From Candidatus Nanohaloarchaea archaeon (GTDB lineage Archaea; Nanohalarchaeota; Nanosalinia; Nanosalinales; Nanosalinaceae), in contig JBDGRK010000005.1 in NCBI GenBank assembly GCA_042218075.1, positions 87,693-151,692 on the forward strand: a stretch of DNA of 64,000 bases, written 5' to 3'. Positions 1 to 10,590 of this stretch are shown here, piece after piece (the first letter of the stretch is position 1; each line of letters begins with the position of its first letter). The translations under genes were made by a program, and so were the position numbers. The notes beneath the pieces were generated by a model, which ran no database searches, was not told where the DNA came from, and saw nothing but the letters and a program-made list of their open reading frames with translations.

Positions 1-1799
1 AACGAGACATCGTTCAAAACTTCTATGTAGATGCCACCGAGTCCAACCATAACCATGGGGCCGAACTGTGGATCCCTCTTCACGCCTAGAGCCACCTCAA
101 TTCCATCAAGCTGCTCCTGGAGCTGGACGCCTTTTATCTCAGATCCTGGAGCATTCCGATGCACATTTTCCACAATCTCTTGGAACGCCTGCATCACTTC
201 TTCCCTGGTCTCAACTCCTGTCTCAACCGCTCCCAGATCAGTCTTGTGCTTTATATCCGGGGAATCGATCTTCATGACAAGAGGATACCCGATATTCGGT
301 GCAGCCTCTGTCGCGTCTCTCGGGGCTTCCGCAACCTCCGTCAGCGCAACGCTGAAGCCGTAATAGGCAAAAAGATCCTCCTTGTCCTCAAAGTTCTCAA
401 ACTTCTCCAGAGCCTCTTCAGCTTTCTCCCTATCAAACTCGAGATCCCTGTAGCTCTCATCTCTGTCAAGAAACTCGCCGTAGCTTTTCATCGCCTCAAG
501 CGTCGAGACCGCATCCATAGGATCCTTGAACTCAGGAACGTGATTCTCCTCAAGTATCTCGATGCCCGACTCCACGTCCTCCTCCCCCATGAAACAGGCG
601 AATACAGGTTTGCTTGATTCCTCTGAGATATTTGAAATCGTCTTCGCCGTCTTGTCGATCTCCGTGTTCGCCTGCGGGGTCAGAAGGACAATGATTGCGT
701 CCACATTCTCATCCTCAACCACTGCTTCAAGCGCATTCTTGTAGCGCTCGTGTCCCGCGTCCCCGATCACATCCAGAGGATTGTGAGCGGAGGCCTCATC
801 CGGCAGGGATTCCCCCAGCCGATCCCTGGTTTCCGGGGAAAACTCAGCCAGCTCCAGTCCATGCTCGGATATCTCGTCGGTTGTTATCACGCCAGGACCT
901 CCAGCGTTCGTGACCACCGCGATGCTATCTCCTTCAGGGAGAGGCTGGTAGTTGAAGGCCCTCCCGAAGTCGAGCAGCTCCCGGTTGGACTCCGCCTCGA
1001 TTATTCCTGACTTCCGGAAAGCTGCCTTATAAGCCTCGTAGCTCCCTGCGATCGATCCAGTGTGAGAGGATGCTGCGTCACCCCCCTGGTCGGTCCTCCC
1101 CGACTTTACCATCACGATCGGCTTTTGCTCCGAGGTCTTCTTCGCCTCTTCTATGAACTCCCTGCCGTTCTCTATTCCTTCCGTGTATGAAAGTATAGTT
1201 TCTGTTTCATCCTCCCTCCACTTCCTCAGGAAGTCAACCTCGTCCAGCATCGACTTGTTTCCAAGGGAGACGAAATGCCTGAATCCTATGTGCTCCGCCT
1301 TCGCGTAATCGAGAATCGCGGTGCAGAACGCACCGGACTGGCTCATAAAGCTAATTTCGCCCTCCTCAGGCATCTTGGAGGCAAAGGAGGCGTTCATGGA
1401 GTTCTCAGTGTTGATCAATCCCAGGACGTTCGGTCCAAGCAGATCGATGCCGTGGTCCTCCGCCTTCTGCAGAAGCTGCTGCTCAAGCTCCTCGCCGCCG
1501 GACTCGGAAAAGCCAGCAGAAACAACAATCGCTGCCTCCACTCCCTTCTCTCCACAATCCTCAATCACTGATGGAACGATCTTCGCCGGAACAGCTATAA
1601 CCGCCATATCCGCGTCTTCCGGGACTTCATCTTCGCATTCGACTCCATGTATCTCATTTGCCTTTGGATTCACCGGAACTACATCTCCCTCAAACTCGTG
1701 GAGAAGATTGTCAAAGATTTCATGGCCGGTCTTCCCCTCCTGCCTCGAAGCTCCGACCACCGCCACAGTTTCCGGCAGAAACAGCTTTTCCAGTTTCAC
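1..1799 (-). CDS. acd: Acetate-CoA ligase (ADP-forming), fused alpha/beta; runs off the window edge (3' partial)
   Basis: Missing from the ORF track. Manual minus-strand translation from GTG 1799 gives MKLEKLFLPETVAVVGASRQEGKTGHEIFDN (CoA-binding domain); near the edge is the ATP-grasp segment IGYPLVMKIDSPDIKHKTDLG...RDPQFGPMVMVGLGGIYIE. Confidence 0.92.
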   Translation of the reverse strand, partial: MKLEKLFLPETVAVVGASRQEGKTGHEIFDNLLHEFEGDVVPVNPKANEIHGVECEDEVPEDADMAVIAVPAKIVPSVIEDCGEKGVEAAIVVSAGFSESGGEELEQQLLQKAEDHGIDLLGPNVLGLINTENSMNASFASKMPEEGEISFMSQSGAFCTAILDYAKAEHIGFRHFVSLGNKSMLDEVDFLRKWREDETETILSYTEGIENGREFIEEAKKTSEQKPIVMVKSGRTDQGGDAASSHTGSIAGSYEAYKAAFRKSGIIEAESNRELLDFGRAFNYQPLPEGDSIAVVTNAGGPGVITTDEISEHGLELAEFSPETRDRLGESLPDEASAHNPLDVIGDAGHERYKNALEAVVEDENVDAIIVLLTPQANTEIDKTAKTISNISEESSKPVFACFMGEEDVESGIEILEENHVPEFKDPMDAVSTLEAMKSYGEFLDRDESYRDLEFDREKAEEALEKFENFEDKEDLFAYYGFSVALTEVAEAPRDATEAAPNIGYPLVMKIDSPDIKHKTDLGAVETGVETREEVMQAFQEIVENVHRNAPGSEIKGVQLQEQLDGIEVALGVKRDPQFGPMVMVGLGGIYIEVLNDVS

Positions 1800-1896
1800 A
1801 ACTCAGAATTGTCGATATCCGTTATTTAGGTTGTTGAGTTCACCGGAAGGTCGCAAACCACCTTTTTTATTCGAGTCTGGTCGATTCTCAAACATA

Positions 1897-2952
1897 ATGT
1901 CCAGGGAACAGGTATTCTCCACGGAGATAGAAAAGATCGAGGTCATGGACTCGGACGAGGAACTGGAACTCGAGGAAGAAGAGATGAAAGAACTCTACAG
2001 GAACATGATGGTGGCGAGAAAGTTCGACGAGAAAGCTTTCTCACTCCAGAGAAGGGGCGAGATTTCCACCTACGCGCCCCACAAGGGGCAGGAAGCTGCC
2101 CAAATAGGAGCGATGTTCGCTCTCGGAGACGAAGACTGGATGACCCCCTCTTTCAGGGAGACCGCCGCCTTCATAATGAGAGGAGCACCCCTAGAAAAGA
2201 TATTCAGGAGGTGGATGGGTGACGCGAACGGCCAGAAAGGTCTTTCCGAGCTGTATACTCTTCCTGTCGCAATACCGGTCGGAACCCAGAACCTCCACAC
2301 AGCGGGAATAGGAATGGCGATGGAGTTTGAAGACGATGATAAGGCGGTACTTGGATTCACAGGTGACGGAAGCACCAGCCAGGGAGACTTCCACGAGGCG
2401 CTCAACTTCTCGGGGGTCTATGATGCACATTCCATCTTCCTCGTGCAGAACAACCAGTACGCGATATCGATGCCTGTTGAGAGACAGACCAACTCGGAGA
2501 CGCTGGCACAGAAGGCCATCGCCTACGGGATCGAGGGAGTCCAGGTGGATGGAAACGATATACTTGCGGTGATCAAGGCGGTTAGGGAAGCTCTTGAGAA
2601 AGCGAGAAACGGAAATCCAGTTCTGATCGAGGCCCTGACCTACAGGCTTGAAGACCACACGACCTCGGACGACTCGACACGCTACCGGGATGAAGAAGAG
2701 GTGGAGGAGTGGAAGAAACACGATCCAATAGAACGGTTTAGAGAATACCTGAAGCAGAAAGACATCTGGAGCGAAGAACTGGAAAAATTCGAAGAGGAAG
2801 CCGAAGAAAAAGTTGACGAAGCCGCCCAAGAGGCTATTGAATCGGAAGACCCCGGCTTCGACGAGTTATTCGACTACGTCTACGACGAAATGCCGGATCT
2901 GCTGGAAAAAGAGAAAGAACATTTCAGGAAGGAACTGGAGGTTGATTCGTAA
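1897..2952 (+). CDS. pdhA: Pyruvate/2-oxoacid dehydrogenase E1 alpha
   Basis: TPP motif GDGSTSQGDFHEALNF...NNQYAIS, YRLEDHTTSDD; start moved to ATG 1897 because the upstream part of ORF 1321 is antisense to acd. Confidence 0.95.
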   Translation: MSREQVFSTEIEKIEVMDSDEELELEEEEMKELYRNMMVARKFDEKAFSLQRRGEISTYAPHKGQEAAQIGAMFALGDEDWMTPSFRETAAFIMRGAPLEKIFRRWMGDANGQKGLSELYTLPVAIPVGTQNLHTAGIGMAMEFEDDDKAVLGFTGDGSTSQGDFHEALNFSGVYDAHSIFLVQNNQYAISMPVERQTNSETLAQKAIAYGIEGVQVDGNDILAVIKAVREALEKARNGNPVLIEALTYRLEDHTTSDDSTRYRDEEEVEEWKKHDPIERFREYLKQKDIWSEELEKFEEEAEEKVDEAAQEAIESEDPGFDELFDYVYDEMPDLLEKEKEHFRKELEVDS

Positions 2953-3962
2953 TGGCGCCTACCGGAGCCTCAGATGGTGATGGAACTTCCAGAAGTTCCG
3001 AAGAGATGAACATAGTTGAAGCGGTCAACGCGGCGCTCCACGACGAGATGGAGGAAGATGAAAAAGTGATAGCCTATGGAGAGGACGTTGGAGAGGATGG
3101 AGGAGTTTTCCGGGCGACGGAAGGACTTCAGGAGGAGTTCGGTGAGAAAAGGTGTTTCTCGAGTCCTCTGGCGGAGTCGGGAATTGCCGGGACAGCAATA
3201 GGAATGAGCATCTACGGTTTTCGTCCGGTGGTGGAGATGCAGTTCTCAGGCTTTTCCTATCTCGCTTTCTACCAGATCAAGGAACACGCTTCAAGGATGA
3301 GAATCAGGAGCAGGGGCGATTACGAAGTTCCGATGACTGTTAGAGCTCCGTACGGAGGAGGTATAAACGCCCTCGAGCACCACCAGGAATCTCCTGAGGC
3401 TTACTTCGCTCACGCTGAAGGTCTTCACGTCGTGATTCCCAGCAACCCCCAGGATACCTACTCTCTTCTCAGAAAATCGATCCAGATGGATGATCCCGTG
3501 GTATTCCTTGAGCCCAAGAAGATTTACAGGGCATTCTCAGAGGAAGTCGACCGTGAGAAAGAAGTCGAGCTGGAAGAAGCGAAAGTAGTTGAAGAGGGAG
3601 AAGAAGTTACCCTGATCTCCTGGGGAGCTATGATCCCGGTTGCGGAAGACGCAGCAGACAAGGTAGATGCTGACGTGGAGATCATCGACCTGAGAACCAT
3701 ATATCCCACAGACTTCGATACAGTGCATGAATCGGTCAGGAAAACAGGGCGAGCTATGGTGTTGCATGAAGCGCCAAGAAGCGCTGGTTTTGGAGCTGAA
3801 GTGGCTTCAAGGATACAGGAGGAAGACATACTCAAGATGGAGGCGCCGGTGGAGAGAGTCACTGGACCGGATGTTCCCTACCCCCTGTACACTCTGGAAG
3901 ACTACTACATGCCTAACAAGAAGAGAGCCGTAAAAGGACTTGAAAGAGTTCTGGAATTCTAG
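2952..3962 (+). CDS. pdhB: Pyruvate/2-oxoacid dehydrogenase E1 beta
   Basis: GEDVGEDGGVFRAT, PLAESGI, EHHQES, IIDLRT motifs; operon position. Confidence 0.95.
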   Translation: MAPTGASDGDGTSRSSEEMNIVEAVNAALHDEMEEDEKVIAYGEDVGEDGGVFRATEGLQEEFGEKRCFSSPLAESGIAGTAIGMSIYGFRPVVEMQFSGFSYLAFYQIKEHASRMRIRSRGDYEVPMTVRAPYGGGINALEHHQESPEAYFAHAEGLHVVIPSNPQDTYSLLRKSIQMDDPVVFLEPKKIYRAFSEEVDREKEVELEEAKVVEEGEEVTLISWGAMIPVAEDAADKVDADVEIIDLRTIYPTDFDTVHESVRKTGRAMVLHEAPRSAGFGAEVASRIQEEDILKMEAPVERVTGPDVPYPLYTLEDYYMPNKKRAVKGLERVLEF

Positions 3963-5378
3963 GTGATCGAGATCAAGTTCAAGTTTCCCGACACAGGTGA
4001 AGGAGTTACAGAGGGACAGTTCCTTGAATGGGAAGTGGATGAAGGAGATGAAGTGGAAGAAGACCAGGTTGTGGGAGAGGCGGAGACCGATAAAGCCGTG
4101 GTCGAAATTCCAGCTCCTTCAGATGGAACCGTGGATGAACTTCTCGCTGATCCCGGCGACAAGGTGGAAGTCGGAGACGTCATAATGATACTTGATACTG
4201 ATGGGGGAGAGGAAGGAGATGCCGGGAAAGAGAAGGAACAGAACGAGGAGCAAAAAAAGCATGAGGAAGGGAAAAGGGAGAGTGAAGGAGGAGATGATGA
4301 GGATGTAGATATAGAAAATAGCTCCGGTGGAGATGTCCTCGCACTACCTAAGGTCAGGAAGCTCGCTCAGGAGAAAGGAGTTCAACTATCGGAGATAAAG
4401 ACCGGGGAAAGGATAAACGAGGAAGAAGTGCTGGAAGCCGCGGAGGACGAAGATGCTGGAACTGAAGAGGTTGAAGAAAAAGAAGTTCAGGATTCTGTAA
4501 GCGAAGAAGTCAAGGCAACTCCGGCGGTGAGAAAGCTGGCCAGGGAGAAAGGAGTCGAGATTCAAAGTATAGACGGTTCTGGAAGAGGCGGAAAGATCAC
4601 CAGGGAAGATGTTCTGGAAGCGTCGAAGGAGGAAGCTTCGGAAAATTCTGGAGAAGAACATGGAAAAGATAAAGTGGAGATTGAAGGAAAGGAGAAAAGG
4701 ATAGAACTTTCGAAAGTCAGGAAAACTGTGGGAGACAGGATGGAGGAATCAAGGTTCACAGCCCCGCATGTGACACATTTTGATACCGCTGACGTCACCG
4801 AGCTGGTGGAGCTGAGAGAGGAGAAGAAGGATGGGGTGGAAGCACACCTTACATACCTGCCTTTCATAATGAAGGCGGTCCAGCTCTCGATGGAGAAGCA
4901 CCCGAGGATCAACTCTGAGCTGGACGAGGAGGATGAAAGCCTGATCATGAAGAACCACTACGACTTCAATATTGCTGTGGATACAGATGAAGGCCTGATG
5001 ATCCCTCTGATAGAAGAGGTCGACGAGAAAAACATAGTGGAGCTGGCGGAGGAGATAGGTGAAAAGGCAGAAAAGGCGAGAGAAAACGAATTATCGCCTG
5101 AAGATATGAGAAACGGGACGTTCTCCATCACCAACCTGGGAGTCATAGGCGGAGAGGAGTTCACACCGATAATCAACTATCCGCAGGCCGCCATACTCGG
5201 CGTGGGAAAGATACAGCAGACAGCGGAAGTGGTAGAGAGAGAGGTACAGCCTCGGAGTACTGTGAAGCTATCTCTCAGTTACGATCACAGGATAATTGAC
5301 GGCGCAGATGCCACAAGATTCCTGAACGAAGTCATTCAAAACCTTCAAGACCCGGAAAACATGATACTCGAGCTCTAA
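3963..5378 (+). CDS. pdhC: Dihydrolipoamide acyltransferase E2
   Basis: Lipoyl domain ETDKA, two E3-binding repeats (ALPKVRKLA, ATPAVRKLA), catalytic DHRIIDG. Confidence 0.95.
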   Translation: MIEIKFKFPDTGEGVTEGQFLEWEVDEGDEVEEDQVVGEAETDKAVVEIPAPSDGTVDELLADPGDKVEVGDVIMILDTDGGEEGDAGKEKEQNEEQKKHEEGKRESEGGDDEDVDIENSSGGDVLALPKVRKLAQEKGVQLSEIKTGERINEEEVLEAAEDEDAGTEEVEEKEVQDSVSEEVKATPAVRKLAREKGVEIQSIDGSGRGGKITREDVLEASKEEASENSGEEHGKDKVEIEGKEKRIELSKVRKTVGDRMEESRFTAPHVTHFDTADVTELVELREEKKDGVEAHLTYLPFIMKAVQLSMEKHPRINSELDEEDESLIMKNHYDFNIAVDTDEGLMIPLIEEVDEKNIVELAEEIGEKAEKARENELSPEDMRNGTFSITNLGVIGGEEFTPIINYPQAAILGVGKIQQTAEVVEREVQPRSTVKLSLSYDHRIIDGADATRFLNEVIQNLQDPENMILEL

Positions 5379-6787
5379 TGGTAGTAGGAGACATAGAGGA
5401 GGGAACTGACCTTCTTGTCATCGGTGCAGGACCTGGAGGTTATACAGCAGCTATAAGAGCTGCACAGAAAGGGCTCGATGTGGTGCTGGTTGACAAGGAG
5501 AAAGTCGGAGGTATCTGCCTGAACCATGGATGCATCCCCGCAAAGTCACTGATACATGCGGCAAACTTCGAACAGGATATACTGCACTGGAACCAGATAG
5601 GGATTCACACAGGGGAGCTTGAAGTTGACTTCGGAGAGATACAGGAGTGGAAGGACAGTGTTGTCAAGAGGCTTGACAGCGGGATAGAGAGTCTGCTGCA
5701 GAAGCACGGTGTGAAGTTCAAGAAGGGAGAGGCGTTCTTCCAGGACTCGGAGACTGCGAGAATAGAGATGGAGCACAACGCCGAGACTATCAAGTTCGAC
5801 AATGCGATCATCGCGACAGGTTCCCAGCCGATAGAGGTTCCCGGACTGGAGTTCGACAAGGAGAGGATTATATCTTCGAGACAGCTGCTGCAGCTTGAGG
5901 AGATCCCTGACGAGATAGTGGTGGTCGGCGGAGGATACATAGGCATGGAGGCGGTCACAAAGTTCTGCAAGTTTGGAGCCACTGTCAAGGTCGTTGAGGC
6001 TCTCGACCAGGTTCTGCCCGCATTCGACCGGGAACTGGGGGACAATATCCAGGAGGCCAGCGCCTGTTACGACGACGAGATCTACACGAATACGGAGGCG
6101 AAGAAAGTGGAGTACGAGGAAGATAAGGCGATACTGGTGGCGGATAGAGATGGAGAGGAGGAAAGAATAGAGGGAGATCAGATTCTTGTCGCGGTCGGGA
6201 GAACCCCTGAGCCGGGCCTCGAATCATTGAATCTTGAGAATACGGGAGTTGAGCTTGAGAATGGTTTCGTCCAGACAGATAAACGGATGAGAACAACTGA
6301 TGACAGCATATTCGCGATAGGAGATGCCGCAGGAGATCCGATGCTCGCTCACAAGGCTTACAGGGAGGGAAAAGTCGCCGCTAATGTAATAGCTGGAGAG
6401 AATGATGCGATGGACAACCAGTACATTCCTAAGGTCACCTACACCGATCCGGAACTGGCTGTTGTTGGAATGAATCCAGAAGAGGCTGAAGAAAAGTACG
6501 ATGAGGTTAAGGTCGGGAGGTTTCCATTCTCTGCGTCTGGCAGAGCGCTCACGACAGAGCAGGAGGACGGTTTTGTAAGGGTGGTTGCCTCGATAGAGGG
6601 AGAACTGCTTGGGGTACAGATAGTGGGTCCAAGAGCCTCCGACATAATAGCCGAGGCCACCCTTGCTCTTGAAATGCAGGCCTACCTCGATGACATCATC
6701 AGAACCGTTCACGCCCACCCTACTTTCCCTGAGGCACTGGCGGAGGCCTGCGAGGACGCGAAAGGGGAGAGCATACACACCGCGTGA
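5378..6787 (+). CDS. lpdA: Dihydrolipoyl dehydrogenase E3
   Basis: GAGPGG, GGICLNHGCIP redox disulfide, HAHPTFPE. Confidence 0.96.
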   Translation: MVVGDIEEGTDLLVIGAGPGGYTAAIRAAQKGLDVVLVDKEKVGGICLNHGCIPAKSLIHAANFEQDILHWNQIGIHTGELEVDFGEIQEWKDSVVKRLDSGIESLLQKHGVKFKKGEAFFQDSETARIEMEHNAETIKFDNAIIATGSQPIEVPGLEFDKERIISSRQLLQLEEIPDEIVVVGGGYIGMEAVTKFCKFGATVKVVEALDQVLPAFDRELGDNIQEASACYDDEIYTNTEAKKVEYEEDKAILVADRDGEEERIEGDQILVAVGRTPEPGLESLNLENTGVELENGFVQTDKRMRTTDDSIFAIGDAAGDPMLAHKAYREGKVAANVIAGENDAMDNQYIPKVTYTDPELAVVGMNPEEAEEKYDEVKVGRFPFSASGRALTTEQEDGFVRVVASIEGELLGVQIVGPRASDIIAEATLALEMQAYLDDIIRTVHAHPTFPEALAEACEDAKGESIHTA

Positions 6788-6820
6788 CTATTATTAACAA
6801 AGTTCTCGCATTGCAAGACA

Positions 6821-9520
6821 ATGTCCTGGCACGAAATGGGCGAGGAAGAAGTACTTTCAAGCCTTGATACTTCCAGCGAAGGCCTTTCTGGAGAGGAAGC
6901 CAGAGAAAGGCTGGAGGAGCAGGGGCAGAACGAGATAAGCAAGGAGGAATCCGCGTCTCCCGTAAAGATTTTTCTCAGCCAGTTCCACGATTTTCTGATC
7001 TACATCCTTATACTTGCGGCGCTTCTCTCGCTCGCTGTGGGTTTTCTACCCGGGCACTCGCCCGAGTACACCGAGGCAGGACTGATATTTCTTATACTGG
7101 CTGCGAACGGGATTTTCGGTTTCATACAGGACTACAAGGCGGAGAAATCGATAGAAGCTCTTAAAGATCTCTCAACTCCAAAAACCACGGTGCTTAGAGA
7201 TGGAGAGAAGAAAAAGATTGATTCAAGGAAGGTTGTTCCAGGCGATATTATTTTCCTGGAACAGGGAGACGCGGTGCCCTCGGACGCGAGGCTCATCGAA
7301 CAGCACAGCCTGGAGACAGACGAGTCGGCGCTTACAGGAGAGAGCACTTCGGTATCGAAGAAAACCGGAACTCTGGACGAAGCTACCTCGCTGGCTGAGA
7401 GACAAAACATGGTCTACATGAACACCAACGTGGTCAGGGGTAGAGGAAAGGCTACAGTGGTCGAGACAGGCATGGATACGCAGGTTGGGGATATAGCCTC
7501 CCAGATAGAGGAGGCTGACGAGAAAAAGACCCCCTTCCAGAAGGAGGTGGATGAGCTGGGCAGGAAGATAGGTTACGGTATTTTCGGTGTTATCGGGCTT
7601 GTAGCCGCGATACAGTTCTTCTTCACTTCCGCTGGCCCGATATCGATACTTTTAGTGGCGATAACTCTGGCTGTTGCGGCTGTGCCTGAAGGTTTACCAG
7701 CAGTGGTCACTCTCACACTCGCCCTCGGCTCCAAGAAGATGCTGGAAAAGGACGCGCTGGTCAGGAGGCTGCCGGTGGTGGAGTCGCTGGGATCGGTTGA
7801 CGTTATCGTGACTGACAAGACAGGCACCCTGACTGAGGGCACGATGACCGTGAAGAAGGCCTACTTTTCGGGCGAGGAGTACGAGGTGACTGGAGAGGGT
7901 GCCGACACGGATGGAGAGTTTCTGCTGGATGGAGAAGAAAACATGGATCTGAAGCCGATGCTCGAGTGCGGCTACATCTGCAATAACGCGGAGAGAGCTC
8001 CTGAAGACGAGGATAAAGACTTTTACGGTGATCCGACAGAGGTAGCGCTTCTCGTATCGGCGATGAAGGCGGATGCAACACCCTACTTCGAGAGGCAGAA
8101 GAGCATTCCCTTCTCATCCGACAGGAAAAGGATGACGGTGATAACAGGAGAGAAAGAGGCCTACATGAAGGGAGCTCCGGAGACAGTGCTTGAGAGGTGT
8201 GACAGAGTTCTGATTGATGGAGAGGAAGAAAAACTTACAGATCAGAAGAGACAGGAAATACGGCAAAAAAATACAGAATTTGCGGAGGAAGCGCTGAGAG
8301 TTCTCGGGTTTGCTAAAAAGGGGGTTGAAAATCCTGAAGCCCCGGATGAAGAGATCGAATCCGGTATGGTATTCCTCGGACTCCAGGGCATGATAGACCC
8401 GCCGAGAAGTGAGGTAAAGGGAGCGGTTGACGACTGCCGTAATGCCGGAATCGATGTTGTCATGGCTACAGGCGACAACATCGAGACTGCGAAGGCTGTA
8501 GGAGGACAGATAGGATTCGATCCGGAAGGGGCGATGACAGGTAAAGAAGTTGAAGAGTTAAGCGACAGGCAACTGGAGGAGAAAGTCGGGGAGGTAGAGA
8601 TATTCGCACGCGTCTCCCCGGAACACAAGGTGAGGATACTCCAGGCTCTGCAATCAAACGGATACAACGTGGCGATGACAGGCGACGGTGTGAACGACGC
8701 TCCAGCTCTGAAGAACTCTGACGTAGGAGTCGCTATGGGGCAGAGAGGGACAGACGTTGCGAAGCAGAGCGCCGACATGGTGCTCCAGGATGACAATTTT
8801 GTGACTATCAGGGACGCGATAGCAGAGGGCAGGGGAATCTTCGACAACATCAGGAAGTTCGTGAACTACCTGCTATCGGCCAACGCCGGAGAGGTGATGG
8901 TTGTATTCTTCGGGATACTGCTGGGCACCGCCTTATTCCCGCAGGTATTCAGCTCAAGCTCGGAGGCACTTATACTGACACCTATAATGCTTCTATGGAT
9001 CAATTTTGTTACCGATGGGCTCCCCGCACTAGCTCTGGGTACAGATCCCAAGTCAGAGGGTATAATGGAGAGAGAACCGAGAGGCAAAGAAGAACCGGTT
9101 ATAAACAGGAGGATGATGGCGTCGATAATCGGTATCGGAGGAATTATGGCTGTGGCCGGCATACCTCTATTCTTCCAGGCTCTCAGAAGATCTCTAGGAA
9201 GTATGGGAATTGGAGAATCTCTTGTCGTGGCCCAGACCGTGCTTTTCACCTTCCTGGTTCTGGTGGAGATGATCAGGATACAGGTGATAAGATCAAGGTA
9301 CAATCAATCCATACTTTCCAACAACTGGTTGATTGCTGCGCTTGTATTATCGATCGTGCTGCAGCTAATGGTGCTTTACACGCCGCTGAGAACCTACTTC
9401 GAAACTGCGGCGCTAGGAATACGTAGCTGGATGCTTATGGGAACCGGGGTTACAGGATTTTTGGCCCTAGCCTATGGCATGAGCAAAGTACTGGACTGGT
9501 ACTCCAGCGATCATCTTTAA
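6821..9520 (+). CDS. Cation-transporting P-type ATPase (type II, Ca2+-like)
   Basis: TGES, PEGL, DKTGTLT phosphorylation site, KGAPE, TGDGVND. Confidence 0.93.
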   Translation: MSWHEMGEEEVLSSLDTSSEGLSGEEARERLEEQGQNEISKEESASPVKIFLSQFHDFLIYILILAALLSLAVGFLPGHSPEYTEAGLIFLILAANGIFGFIQDYKAEKSIEALKDLSTPKTTVLRDGEKKKIDSRKVVPGDIIFLEQGDAVPSDARLIEQHSLETDESALTGESTSVSKKTGTLDEATSLAERQNMVYMNTNVVRGRGKATVVETGMDTQVGDIASQIEEADEKKTPFQKEVDELGRKIGYGIFGVIGLVAAIQFFFTSAGPISILLVAITLAVAAVPEGLPAVVTLTLALGSKKMLEKDALVRRLPVVESLGSVDVIVTDKTGTLTEGTMTVKKAYFSGEEYEVTGEGADTDGEFLLDGEENMDLKPMLECGYICNNAERAPEDEDKDFYGDPTEVALLVSAMKADATPYFERQKSIPFSSDRKRMTVITGEKEAYMKGAPETVLERCDRVLIDGEEEKLTDQKRQEIRQKNTEFAEEALRVLGFAKKGVENPEAPDEEIESGMVFLGLQGMIDPPRSEVKGAVDDCRNAGIDVVMATGDNIETAKAVGGQIGFDPEGAMTGKEVEELSDRQLEEKVGEVEIFARVSPEHKVRILQALQSNGYNVAMTGDGVNDAPALKNSDVGVAMGQRGTDVAKQSADMVLQDDNFVTIRDAIAEGRGIFDNIRKFVNYLLSANAGEVMVVFFGILLGTALFPQVFSSSSEALILTPIMLLWINFVTDGLPALALGTDPKSEGIMEREPRGKEEPVINRRMMASIIGIGGIMAVAGIPLFFQALRRSLGSMGIGESLVVAQTVLFTFLVLVEMIRIQVIRSRYNQSILSNNWLIAALVLSIVLQLMVLYTPLRTYFETAALGIRSWMLMGTGVTGFLALAYGMSKVLDWYSSDHL

Positions 9521-9543
9521 TAACGGCCTGACAAACCATACTT

Positions 9544-9705
9544 ATGGGACTCTTAAGCGGCGGTGAGGAATGCTACGTCTGCGGGAAGGAAATAGACTCG
9601 GATACCTGTATAGAGAAGGATGGAAAGAAGTTCTGCTGCGAGAAATGCAGGGAGAGGTTCGAGGAAGAGCAGGGTGAACCTGATGAAGTATGCCAGTTCT
9701 GCTAG
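9544..9705 (+). CDS. Small Cys-rich TRASH/YHS-like metal-binding protein (53 aa)
   Basis: Below the ORF-track cutoff; manual translation MGLLSGGEECYVCGKEIDSDTCIEKDGKKFCCEKCRERFEEEQGEPDEVCQFC has CxxC...FCCxxC plus a terminal CxxC. Confidence 0.8.
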   Translation: MGLLSGGEECYVCGKEIDSDTCIEKDGKKFCCEKCRERFEEEQGEPDEVCQFC

Positions 9706-9714
9706 GCTGATAGT

Positions 9715-10590
9715 ATGAGAGCGCTCCACAGGATAATCGGGTCGACTCTAGTCGCGATACTGCTGACAGCCTTATCGATATTCGTGGCGCCGGAGTTCAA
9801 CTTCACCCGGTACGTAGTCCCGCTTTTGTTACTTGGACTGCTGGCCACGCTGACTCTGACTTCACTGGCGTTCTACCGGGAGGACAGCCTGACACTCCAC
9901 GACAAGGACATACTTATGAACGGATTCCTGATAGCTGTGCTTGTTCCCTCATTCTACACCGCTGGAGCATTCATGCATGAAAGTGCAACCTCCTGGTCTG
10001 GCGGCGAAATCCACTACCATGCGGATTATGAAGTTATCGTGGAGAGGAACGGGGAACTCCAGACACTGGACCTGATAGATCCGGGCAAGTTCTGCGGTGA
10101 CAGCTACATGTGCAACCTGAACGACAGGACCGGGATCACGAAGTACCATGAGCACAACGACAACAGGATACACCTGGAGGGAATCTTCGAGAAGAGGGAA
10201 GACGCCACTCTCGCGGCCTACTTCGAGACTTTTGGCGGGAAACTCACGAACTCTAAACTGGTATACCCCACGAACAACGGAACGGTAAAAGTCTCAGAGA
10301 AAGACGAGAAGCAACTGAAAGTTATTGTCAGAAAAGGCACGGGAGGAAACAGGCACTGGTGCATAATAGGCAACAATGTGCCTGAAGGAAACATATGCAG
10401 GGATCAGTACACCGGGGAACTGGCAAACTCCCCCTCAGAGTACGTTGTCTCGCCGCACAAGAAGGGACCGAGCCTAGACGACATATTCGTTATCTATGAC
10501 AGTTCCTCGAAACTCGAAGCACTGCAAGACCTCCAGAAAGACGGAAAATACAGGGGCACAGGTCTAAGCAAGAAGGGTGAGGGCTTCTAA
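9715..10590 (+). CDS. Membrane-anchored His-rich putative metal-binding protein
   Basis: Three N-terminal TM segments; HYHADY and HEHNDNRIHLEG motifs; paired Cys. Confidence 0.7.
   Translation: MRALHRIIGSTLVAILLTALSIFVAPEFNFTRYVVPLLLLGLLATLTLTSLAFYREDSLTLHDKDILMNGFLIAVLVPSFYTAGAFMHESATSWSGGEIHYHADYEVIVERNGELQTLDLIDPGKFCGDSYMCNLNDRTGITKYHEHNDNRIHLEGIFEKREDATLAAYFETFGGKLTNSKLVYPTNNGTVKVSEKDEKQLKVIVRKGTGGNRHWCIIGNNVPEGNICRDQYTGELANSPSEYVVSPHKKGPSLDDIFVIYDSSSKLEALQDLQKDGKYRGTGLSKKGEGF

Noticed and set aside
1321-1896. N-terminal 192 aa of the 543-aa ORF
   Set aside because: Antisense shadow of the acetate-CoA ligase gene; E1-alpha homology begins at ATG 1897.
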